Positions 1 through 7,168 of a DNA stretch of 25,095 bases are shown piece after piece. The notes beneath the pieces were generated by a model, which worked only from the letters and a program-made list of their open reading frames with translations, was not told where the DNA came from and did no database searches. Location of the stretch: positions 1 to 25,095 of IMG/VR virus record IMGVR_UViG_3300025570_000104; one strand, written 5' to 3'. Both the position numbers and the translations under genes were made by a program. Position 1 is the stretch's first letter. The number at the start of each line of letters is the position of its first letter. Source of the stretch: a virus. Its lineage: Duplodnaviria > Caudoviricetes.

Positions 1-15
1 GCTTCATTGCCCCTT

Positions 16-44
16 ATACTACCACATCTCCAAAGCCTCCGCAA
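16..44 (-). promoter_or_regulatory. Putative leftward sigma70 promoter (TTGCGG-17-TAGTAT, extended -10)
   Basis: Minus strand reads TTGCGG (44-39), a 17-nt spacer ending TGTGG, then TAGTAT (21-16). The same TGTGG precedes the -10 of promoters P2 and P3. It points away from the structural arm. Confidence 0.5.
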
Positions 45-140
45 CCATGCCCCCTAATAACCATACCCGGGGGAGGGGATTAGTTGCACGCAAGTATACC
101 GTACCCGCGTAGATACAAAATAAGGGTAAATTAGAACCTA

Positions 141-153
141 AATGAGAATCATT
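141..153. promoter_or_regulatory. Fur-box-like sequence
   Basis: AATGAGAATCATT matches 12/13 of the core AATGATAATCATT of the 19-bp Fur consensus. The flanks do not match (12/19 overall). Confidence 0.3.
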
Positions 154-154
154 C

Positions 155-516
155 CTATATAGACTATAACACCTAAGCAACTGATTCTAAAAGAGATTAA
201 CCAAGCCTCAAAGATTTAATTAGGGACAGAGTAAAGGAATTGTCGTCTGTCGAGGTCAAGGGCGACGATTGCGACAGAACAGCAAACTAACCCCCTCAAG
301 CGTGATTGAAAATAAATCTAAAAAAAGTGAAGAAAACACTTGACAAAATGGAAAAAGTATGCTATAATACGCACTATATAGGGTATGACGTTAAGTGAGG
401 TTTGATCTTAGTCTGCTTGAGGTTCATAGTTTATATAGTTATATAGGAACGCTTGAGTACTTACTATATAAACCTATATAGATGGAGTCAAGCGACCTTT
501 TAGAGTACTATATAGT
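155..516. repeat. Cluster of CTATATAG palindromic repeats
   Basis: Perfect CTATATAG at 155-162, 374-381, 474-481 and 508-515. One-mismatch copies at 431-438, 439-446 and 464-471. Confidence 0.85.
340..368 (+). promoter_or_regulatory. Sigma70 promoter P1 (packaging/lysis operon)
   Basis: TTGACA 340-345, 17-nt spacer, TGn extension, TATAAT 363-368, and an A-rich UP-like tract at 309-336. Confidence 0.92.
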
Positions 517-557
517 GTAAGGAACCAATTATGGATAACCCTGTGAGTCAAGCGACC
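485..557 (+). repeat. 13-bp direct repeat GAGTCAAGCGACC x2
   Basis: Exact copies at 485-497 (leader) and 545-557 (inside terS), 60 bp apart. Confidence 0.85.
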
Positions 558-929
558 CCTTCAGGAAAAAAACGAGGAAGACCCTCAAAGGCATCATTAG
601 CCGAAGCCCGTAAGCAACCCGTTGGCAGACCAAGAGGGGATGCAAGCGCGATAGAGGAATTTAAGGCGAGGCTTATGGCATCTCCTAAATCCCGTAAGGT
701 GTTAGACTCCATACTGGATGCGGCGTTAGATGATGAACATAAAAACCAAGCAGCAGCGTGGAAGCTGTTGGTCGATAGGATGCTTCCGATGTCCTACTTC
801 GAGAAAGATAAGGCGGGTTCTTCTCGCCCTTCTGTTAACATTACAATCTCCGGTGTGGGCGAGTCAGTGTCTATTGCCGGTTCAGATGACATCGTGGATG
901 TCGAGGAGTATGGTCATGGAAATCCCTAA
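531..929 (+). CDS. terS: Probable terminase small subunit
   Basis: 132 aa with SD AAGGA. Basic N-terminus with two GRP (AT-hook-like) motifs, helical core (QAAAWKLLVDRMLP) and a VNITISG tail typical of TerS. First gene of the packaging operon. Confidence 0.7.
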   Translation: MDNPVSQATPSGKKRGRPSKASLAEARKQPVGRPRGDASAIEEFKARLMASPKSRKVLDSILDAALDDEHKNQAAAWKLLVDRMLPMSYFEKDKAGSSRPSVNITISGVGESVSIAGSDDIVDVEEYGHGNP

Positions 930-1950
930 ATTTGAAGCAACCCCTGAATTTAAGAATAAGTTAGAAACAATCCTTAAAAGCTTTGAAGCTACAAAGTTAA
1001 GTGGTTATGTACCCACTAAAAAAAGTGGGGTTACTATTGGCACTGGTTTTGACATAGGACAACATAGCGAAGCTGAGCTTAAAAATCTTGGGTTTTCTCC
1101 AGCGTTAATAGCAAAACTAGCTCCTTACACAAATAATAAAAATAAAGCCAACGCTAAAAATTTACAAGTTACGGCTGAAGAAGCTGAGGCGATAGATCGA
1201 GCTGTCTTAGATTCTAAGGTAGCTGGGTTTGAAAGAAACTTTAGAGCTACACATGGGGGCAGGTTAGACGATTTAGATGAGAACACGCAATTAGCTTTAG
1301 CCTCTTCTTATTTTAATCTAGGTCAAAAAATGTTTGACTCAGAAAAAAATCCCGGTATGAATAAAGCATTGGCGATTGGCGATAAAAATGCAATCTTACA
1401 ACAAATATCAAACTATCATGGTAAAACTCCGGGACAGCCTGTATCTCGCCGGGTAGTTGAAGCAGCCATAGGGGCGGGGGATGTAAACATAACGCCTGAG
1501 TCTCTTATTGGAATGAGAGATGTAGTATCTAAAGATAGCACTTTACGAAGACAACTTACAGCAGATTTCAATAAAAACAGGACACAGTTGCAGCCCACTA
1601 GCGGGGATCAAACTGACCCTAGTTACCAGCCTACGCAACGCTTTGAACAGATAGCCCCTCTTAATAGGGTTATCCCCGGCGGTTTAGATCCTTCCGATAT
1701 AAGTGGTATCAAGTCACTGCAAAAAATGGTAGGGGCTAAACAAGACGGTGATTGGGGGCCTAATTCACAAATGGCCTACGACAACATGTTGGCGCAAAGG
1801 AACCAGTTTGCACAAGTAGACCCACGCAGAGTTGACGCAGTTCCAGACTATGAGCAAATGGCTAGAGTAATGCCTCAAGAAACTCAGTACGCAACAATGG
1901 ACGATTTGTTAGCCGACAGAGACTTGATGGGTCGCTCTCTATTCACATGA
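916..1950 (+). CDS. Pesticin-type (T4 lysozyme fold) muramidase/endolysin with C-terminal peptidoglycan-binding-like motif
   Basis: FE..LSGYVP...SGVTIGTGFDIGQ is the pesticin C-terminal domain signature (catalytic E/T/D). LQKMVGAKQDGDWGPNS resembles a PG-binding repeat. Start moved from 730 to ATG 916 because of SD GAGGAG at 903-908. Confidence 0.8.
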   Translation: MEIPKFEATPEFKNKLETILKSFEATKLSGYVPTKKSGVTIGTGFDIGQHSEAELKNLGFSPALIAKLAPYTNNKNKANAKNLQVTAEEAEAIDRAVLDSKVAGFERNFRATHGGRLDDLDENTQLALASSYFNLGQKMFDSEKNPGMNKALAIGDKNAILQQISNYHGKTPGQPVSRRVVEAAIGAGDVNITPESLIGMRDVVSKDSTLRRQLTADFNKNRTQLQPTSGDQTDPSYQPTQRFEQIAPLNRVIPGGLDPSDISGIKSLQKMVGAKQDGDWGPNSQMAYDNMLAQRNQFAQVDPRRVDAVPDYEQMARVMPQETQYATMDDLLADRDLMGRSLFT

Positions 1951-2348
1951 AAACCGCCAGAATCCTAGTAGCGCTTTCTATTAGTATTTTGGCGGGATGT
2001 TCTGCTTTAAGCGCACTTGTGCCCGGCATGGGTGGTGGAACAAACGTCGCTGCCAACACTCAGATTGGTAAAGAGAATAACCAGACTGGTGTCCAAGTTG
2101 GTGACGTCAAAGAAAACAAAGTTGAGGCGCAACAAATCGGTAAGCTGTCGCAAGCAGAAACCGCCATTGACGCCGCCAACGTAACCATCAACAGTTTACC
2201 ACCTTGGGTTCTGTTGTTAATCATCCTAGGCTGGATTTTACCTAGTCCAATGGAAATATACAAGGGGCTGATAAACGCTATCAAGAATAGTATAAGCTAT
2301 ATGTTTGGTGGTGTCATAACCCTTGTTAACCTTATAAGAGGTAAGTGA
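1947..2348 (+). CDS. Unimolecular spanin-like lipoprotein
   Basis: Signal peptide with lipobox LAGC (Cys18, Ser at +2) and a C-terminal hydrophobic segment LPPWVLLLIILGWILPSP. ATGA-coupled to the muramidase. Confidence 0.7.
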   Translation: MKTARILVALSISILAGCSALSALVPGMGGGTNVAANTQIGKENNQTGVQVGDVKENKVEAQQIGKLSQAETAIDAANVTINSLPPWVLLLIILGWILPSPMEIYKGLINAIKNSISYMFGGVITLVNLIRGK

Positions 2349-2527
2349 TGTTAAAAATAATCCTGATAATCTTCTCATTAACCCCCAACGGTGAAGCAAC
2401 CATTCTGGGCAAGCATGAGGTAAAGACGTTGGATGAGTGTGTTGTTAAAGCCACATACGTAAACTCAAACCCAGAGAATCCCTACAACGCTGCCTGTTAC
2501 CCTATAGAGCTTAAGGCGAACCTGTGA
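2348..2527 (+). CDS. Small hypothetical protein, hydrophobic N-terminus, two Cys
   Basis: 59 aa from ATG 2348 (TGATG overlap). Its stop overlaps the terL GTG start, so it fills the operon gap exactly. Confidence 0.65.
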   Translation: MLKIILIIFSLTPNGEATILGKHEVKTLDECVVKATYVNSNPENPYNAACYPIELKANL

Positions 2528-3777
2528 GTGATTTAAAGATTGAATTACTCCCGTGGCAGAAAACGGTATGGGCTGATGAGACTCGCTTCCATGTGGTAGC
2601 GGCTGGTCGGCGAACAGGCAAGAGTAGATTGGCGGCTTACCGCTTAATAGTTGAGGCTTTACAAAGCCAGAGAGGGCATGTATTTTATGTTGCTCCTACG
2701 CAAGGTCAAGCTCGTGACATCATGTGGCAAGTCCTGCTTGAGGTTGGTCACTCTGTCATTACAGGTAGCCATATTAACAACTTGCAGATTAAGCTTATCA
2801 ATGGGGCAACTATTAGTCTCAAAGGTGCTGATCGGCCTGAAACGATGCGGGGTGTTTCGCTAAAGTTTCTGGTACTCGATGAGTATGCAGATATGAAGCC
2901 AGCGGTGTGGGAGCAAATTTTACGCCCTGCACTGGCTGACTTGAAGGGTAGAGCGATGTTCATTGGTACGCCGATGGGTCGTAACCACTTCTATGATTTA
3001 TACCAATACGGTTTAAAAGGAACCGATGACACCTTCCAGTCTTTTCACTTTACTTCGTTCGACAACCCGCTACTTGACCCTAAAGAGATTGAGGCAGCTA
3101 AGAAAAGCATGTCCTCATTTGCATTCCGGCAGGAGTTTATGGCATCTTTCGAGGCCGCAGGTGGTGAGTTATTCAAAGAAGAGTGGATAAAGTTTGACGA
3201 GGAAGAGCCTGCTGATGGTGACTTCTACATCGCGGTTGACTTGGCTGGCTTTGAGGCTGAGGGGTCTGTCGGTGTTAAGAACACTAGGCTGGACTCCACT
3301 GCCCTAGCTATTGTAAAGGCCAACGAGAAGGGCTGGTGGGTGGCAGAGATCATCTACGGCAGGTGGGATGTCAAGGAAACAGCCAAGAAGATATTCGATG
3401 CTGTTGCCAAGTACGAGCCTGTCGCTGTCGGCATTGAGAAGGGGATCGCTAAACAGGCGGTTATGCCCTACATGACCGACATTATGAAGAGAACCCAGAC
3501 ATTCTTCAGGGTTGACGAGCTAACACACGGTAATAAGAAGAAAACAGACCGTGTTGTATGGGCGCTGCAAGGGCGTTTTGAGAATGGTTACGTTACCCTC
3601 AACAAAGGTGACTGGAACAACGAGTTCCTAGACCAACTATTTCAGTTTCCAAACAAACTAGTACACGATGACTTGCCTGACGCACTGTCTTACATCGAGC
3701 AACTTGCAAAAGTAGCCTATGTTTTTGACTTTGAAGAGGAAGAGTACGAGTACCTAGACACAATTTCAGGATATTAA
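2524..3777 (+). CDS. terL: Terminase large subunit
   Basis: Walker A GRRTGKS, Walker B FLVLDE, coupling motif GTP.G.NHFY, and RNase H-like nuclease acidic residues (IAVDLA, HDDLPDAL). Confidence 0.97.
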   Translation: MSDLKIELLPWQKTVWADETRFHVVAAGRRTGKSRLAAYRLIVEALQSQRGHVFYVAPTQGQARDIMWQVLLEVGHSVITGSHINNLQIKLINGATISLKGADRPETMRGVSLKFLVLDEYADMKPAVWEQILRPALADLKGRAMFIGTPMGRNHFYDLYQYGLKGTDDTFQSFHFTSFDNPLLDPKEIEAAKKSMSSFAFRQEFMASFEAAGGELFKEEWIKFDEEEPADGDFYIAVDLAGFEAEGSVGVKNTRLDSTALAIVKANEKGWWVAEIIYGRWDVKETAKKIFDAVAKYEPVAVGIEKGIAKQAVMPYMTDIMKRTQTFFRVDELTHGNKKKTDRVVWALQGRFENGYVTLNKGDWNNEFLDQLFQFPNKLVHDDLPDALSYIEQLAKVAYVFDFEEEEYEYLDTISGY

Positions 3778-3778
3778 C

Positions 3779-5767
3779 ATGGATGACGATAAGAAATACA
3801 GCGACCAGAAGGTTGAAAATTGGGTTATCGATAAGGTAGACCAATGGCGCGACCACTATAGCGCTAACTACGAGCAGAAGTTTGACGAGTATTACCGTCT
3901 CTGGCGTGGTATCTGGTCAGCAGAGGACAAGACCCGCGACTCAGAGCGCTCACGTCTCATCTCACCAGCCCTTCAGCAAGCCGTGGAGTCATCTGTCGCT
4001 GAGGTGGAGGAGGCTACCTTCGGTCGTGGTAAGTGGTTTGACATTCGGGATGACCGTAATGATAAAGACCCAAGTGACATTGCCTACATGCGTGAGCAAC
4101 TGTCTGAAGATTTCCACTATACCAAGACTCGCAAGGCTGTAGCCGAGTGTATCCTTAACGCCGCTGTTTATGGCACTGCCGTAGCCGAGTTGGTTATTGA
4201 GGAAACCAAGGAGATGAAGCCAGCTACCCAACCTATCATGGATGGGGCGATGCAAGCGTTTGGTGTTACTGTCCAAGACCGGGTTGTTATTAAACTACGA
4301 CCAATCCTACCACAGAACTTCCTGATTGACCCTGTTGCCACCTCTATTGAGGATGCCTTGGGTGTTGCGATTGACGAGTTTGTTCCTAAACACCAAGTAG
4401 AGATTGGAATTCAAAATGGTATCTATCGGGATGTTGATATTGAGTCTGCCGCTACTGATTCAGACATTGAAGCAGACAAAGAGCTTACCTCTTTTGACGA
4501 AGATAAAGTTAGACTAACCAAGTATTACGGTTTAATCCCACGTCACTTGTACAACAGTGCGGTGATGGAGGAGTATGACGAAGATGGTGAGCTGTCCAAA
4601 GAAGTTAAGCCTGAAGAAGGTGAAGACGAAGAGGCTGAGGGCTACGTTGAGGTAATTGTTGTTATCGCCAACGGTGGTCAATTGCTCAAGATCGAAGAGA
4701 ACCCCTACATGATGAAGGATCGCCCTGTTGTGGCTTTCCCTTGGGACGTAGTACCCTCTCGCTTCTGGGGTCGTGGTATCTGTGAGAAGGGCTATAACAG
4801 CCAGAAGGCTTTAGATGCTGAGCTTCGTGCCCGTATCGATGCCCTAGCCCTCACTGTCCACCCAATGATGGCTATGGACGCCTCTCGTATGCCTCGTGGG
4901 GCTAAACTAGAGATTCGTCCCGGCAAGACAATCCTCACTAACGGCAACCCTGCTGAAATCCTCCAGCCCTTTAAGTTTGGTAGCCTAGATCAGGTGACCT
5001 TTGCTCAGGCGGGTGAGTTGCAGAAGATGGTTCAGATGGCTACTGGCGCTATCGACGCTGCTGGCATCCCCGGAACAATCAATGGTGACGCTGCCGCTGG
5101 TGCTGTGTCCATGTCGATGGGTGCAATTATCAAGCGCCACAAGCGTACCCTGATTAACTTCCAAGAGTCTTTCCTAATCCCTATGATTGAGAAGACAGCG
5201 TGGCGTTACATGCAGTTTGACCCTGAGCACTACCCTGCTAGTGATTATAAGTTTGTACCTTCGTCATCTCTGGGCGTTATTGCTCGTGAGTATGAGGTTA
5301 CCCAACTTGTACAACTGTTGCAGACGCTTGGTCAAGATAGCCCAATGTACCCCATGCTGGTTACAGCGGTTATTGACAACATGGGTCTGTCCAACCGTGA
5401 AGAGATTATCGCTCAACTGGCTGAGGTGTCTAAGCCTGACCCACAAGCGCAGCAAATGCAGCAGCAACAGATGCAAATGCAAATGGAAATGGCTCAAGCG
5501 CAGTTACAACTTGTTCAAGCTCAGTCATTAGAGGCTCAAGCGAGAGCACAGAAATACGCTGTCGAGGCTCAACTTGAACCAGAGGTTGTTAAGGCTAAGA
5601 TGGCTGCGGCTATCTCTACCAACATCCAGCAGGGTAATGCTGATGATGCTGAGTTTGAGAAACGTGCCCGTATCGCTGATCTGATGCTCAAGGAAGCTGA
5701 CATTAAGAGCAACGAGCGCATTGCAGCGATGCAAGTGAGCTACAAGAATAACAAACAAAACACTTGA
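3779..5767 (+). CDS. Portal protein (P22-like, with C-terminal helical barrel)
   Basis: 662 aa directly after terL, with motifs ENPY, FWGRG and MVQMATG and a Q/A/M-rich coiled-coil C-terminus. Confidence 0.92.
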   Translation: MDDDKKYSDQKVENWVIDKVDQWRDHYSANYEQKFDEYYRLWRGIWSAEDKTRDSERSRLISPALQQAVESSVAEVEEATFGRGKWFDIRDDRNDKDPSDIAYMREQLSEDFHYTKTRKAVAECILNAAVYGTAVAELVIEETKEMKPATQPIMDGAMQAFGVTVQDRVVIKLRPILPQNFLIDPVATSIEDALGVAIDEFVPKHQVEIGIQNGIYRDVDIESAATDSDIEADKELTSFDEDKVRLTKYYGLIPRHLYNSAVMEEYDEDGELSKEVKPEEGEDEEAEGYVEVIVVIANGGQLLKIEENPYMMKDRPVVAFPWDVVPSRFWGRGICEKGYNSQKALDAELRARIDALALTVHPMMAMDASRMPRGAKLEIRPGKTILTNGNPAEILQPFKFGSLDQVTFAQAGELQKMVQMATGAIDAAGIPGTINGDAAAGAVSMSMGAIIKRHKRTLINFQESFLIPMIEKTAWRYMQFDPEHYPASDYKFVPSSSLGVIAREYEVTQLVQLLQTLGQDSPMYPMLVTAVIDNMGLSNREEIIAQLAEVSKPDPQAQQMQQQQMQMQMEMAQAQLQLVQAQSLEAQARAQKYAVEAQLEPEVVKAKMAAAISTNIQQGNADDAEFEKRARIADLMLKEADIKSNERIAAMQVSYKNNKQNT

Positions 5768-5792
5768 CAAATTTATAAAAGTGTGGTATAAT
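5764..5792 (+). promoter_or_regulatory. Sigma70 promoter P2 (head genes)
   Basis: TTGACA 5764-5769 (contains the portal TGA stop), 17-nt spacer, TGn extension, TATAAT 5787-5792. Confidence 0.92.
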
Positions 5793-5827
5793 TGCAACAT
5801 CTCTCCACATTATGAAAGGATAAAGAG

Positions 5828-6070
5828 ATGGACAAAGAACTACAAGATTATTACGAAACATTACTAGATTTGTTTGCCTCAAAGGGCTGGAAGCAATACC
5901 TAGAAGACATCTCCGACAATATGGAGCTACTTCAGGATATTACTACCATTCCCGATGAGAAACAATTCTGGTTTCGCAGAGGACAAATAGAAGCGGTACA
6001 GCGAGTTCTCTCTTACGAGTCAGCGATTAAAAACAGCTACGAGGACTTTGAGAGGGAAGTAAATGCCTAA
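5828..6070 (+). CDS. Hypothetical protein (portal-adjacent small helical protein)
   Basis: 80 aa with SD AAGGA and motifs LFASKGWK and FRRGQ. Small genes are common between portal and scaffold in podoviruses. Confidence 0.85.
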   Translation: MDKELQDYYETLLDLFASKGWKQYLEDISDNMELLQDITTIPDEKQFWFRRGQIEAVQRVLSYESAIKNSYEDFEREVNA

Positions 6071-6299
6071 ACGTATCTACGAGTTTATCTGCGGAGATGA
6101 CCACCTAACAGAAGCTTACATTGATTCGGAACTCCGAACAACCAATTGTAGCGTATGTGGTCAACCTGCTATTCGTATCGTTAGCAAGCCTATGGTCAAA
6201 CTTGAGGGCGTGACCGGAGATTTTCCCGGAGCAGCAATGCAGTGGGAACGGAAGCGAAACGAGAAGATGGCGCAGGAAAGAAAGAGTGCCGCTGAATAA
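6063..6299 (+). CDS. FmdB-like zinc-ribbon protein
   Basis: MP...YEFIC...H and CSVCG...RIVS match the FmdB-type zinc-ribbon pattern. SD GAGGG. Confidence 0.75.
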   Translation: MPKRIYEFICGDDHLTEAYIDSELRTTNCSVCGQPAIRIVSKPMVKLEGVTGDFPGAAMQWERKRNEKMAQERKSAAE

Positions 6300-6349
6300 G
6301 CACAAGCACATAGTTATATTCCACAATGCTTATTAGCACGGAGAGTTTA

Positions 6350-7147
6350 ATGGCAACATTTATTGACGAAGGCGACGAGCCACAACAAGACGAAGAAGAG
6401 TATTCATCTATCGAGGATGAAGAGGAACAGGCAACCCCTGAACAGGAACCTGAACCGGAAGATACAGAAGATGACATTCCTGAGAAGTATAAGGGCAAGT
6501 CTGTTAAAGATATTGTTCGTATGCATCAAGAGGCCGAACGCGCAATCGGCAAGCAAGGGAGTGAAGTCGGGGAACTTCGGCGTATTGTAGATGACTTTGT
6601 ACAAGCCCAAACCGTCACAAAACAACAACAAGCCCCAGAAGTCGAGGAAGAGGTAGATTTCTTTACCGATCCCGAGAAGGCTGTTGCATCAGCTATTTCC
6701 AAGCATCCGAAGGTGCGCGAGGCAGAACAGCTCTCGGCACAAATGAAGAAGGCAGAAGCGCTGGCTAACCTAAAGTCTGCACATCCTGATTTTGATAAAG
6801 TCGTCCAAGACGGTAGCTTTGCAGAATGGATTAACAAGAGTAAGGTTAGGCAAGAGTTGTATAGTCGAGCTGATCGCTCGTATGATTTTGACGCTGCGAA
6901 TGAGTTGTTAACCACTTGGAAAGAAAGATCCCAAGTAGTTGCTCAGTCACAAGAAGTCGAAAAAGCACAGCGTAAGCAAGCAGTCAAAAGCGCATCCACT
7001 GGTTCATCCAAGGGAAGTGGTGAGACTGCAAGTAAGAAAACCTATCGCAGAGCCGACATCATCGAACTCATGCGTACAAACCCTGACCGTTATCAACAGC
7101 TATCTGATGAGATTATGGCTGCATATGCGGAGGGTCGTGTTAAATAA
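6350..7147 (+). CDS. Capsid scaffolding protein
   Basis: Acidic disordered N-terminus, IPEKYKGKS...EVGELR, and C-terminal AYAEGRVK, immediately upstream of the capsid gene. Start ATG 6350 with SD GGAG at 6340-6343. Confidence 0.85.
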   Translation: MATFIDEGDEPQQDEEEYSSIEDEEEQATPEQEPEPEDTEDDIPEKYKGKSVKDIVRMHQEAERAIGKQGSEVGELRRIVDDFVQAQTVTKQQQAPEVEEEVDFFTDPEKAVASAISKHPKVREAEQLSAQMKKAEALANLKSAHPDFDKVVQDGSFAEWINKSKVRQELYSRADRSYDFDAANELLTTWKERSQVVAQSQEVEKAQRKQAVKSASTGSSKGSGETASKKTYRRADIIELMRTNPDRYQQLSDEIMAAYAEGRVK

Positions 7148-7168
7148 CCATTTTGAAAGATAATTTAT

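Noticed and set aside
365-383. TAATACGCACTATATAGGG resembles the T7 promoter TAATACGACTCACTATAGGG
   Set aside because: It lacks the GACTC specificity element and correct spacing, I saw only one copy, it is explained by the P1 -10 plus a CTATATAG repeat, and no phage RNA polymerase is in the window.
503-518. ACTATATAGTGT as a possible NrdR box
   Set aside because: The C-to-G span is 8 nt rather than the 10 nt of the NrdR consensus, and it is far from the nrd genes.
730-915. N-terminal extension of the 406-aa ORF
   Set aside because: It overlaps terS out of frame and looks non-protein-like. A strong SD supports ATG 916 instead.
5450-5500. CAG/ATG-rich microsatellite-like stretch
   Set aside because: It encodes the Q/M-rich coiled coil usual in P22-like portal barrels.
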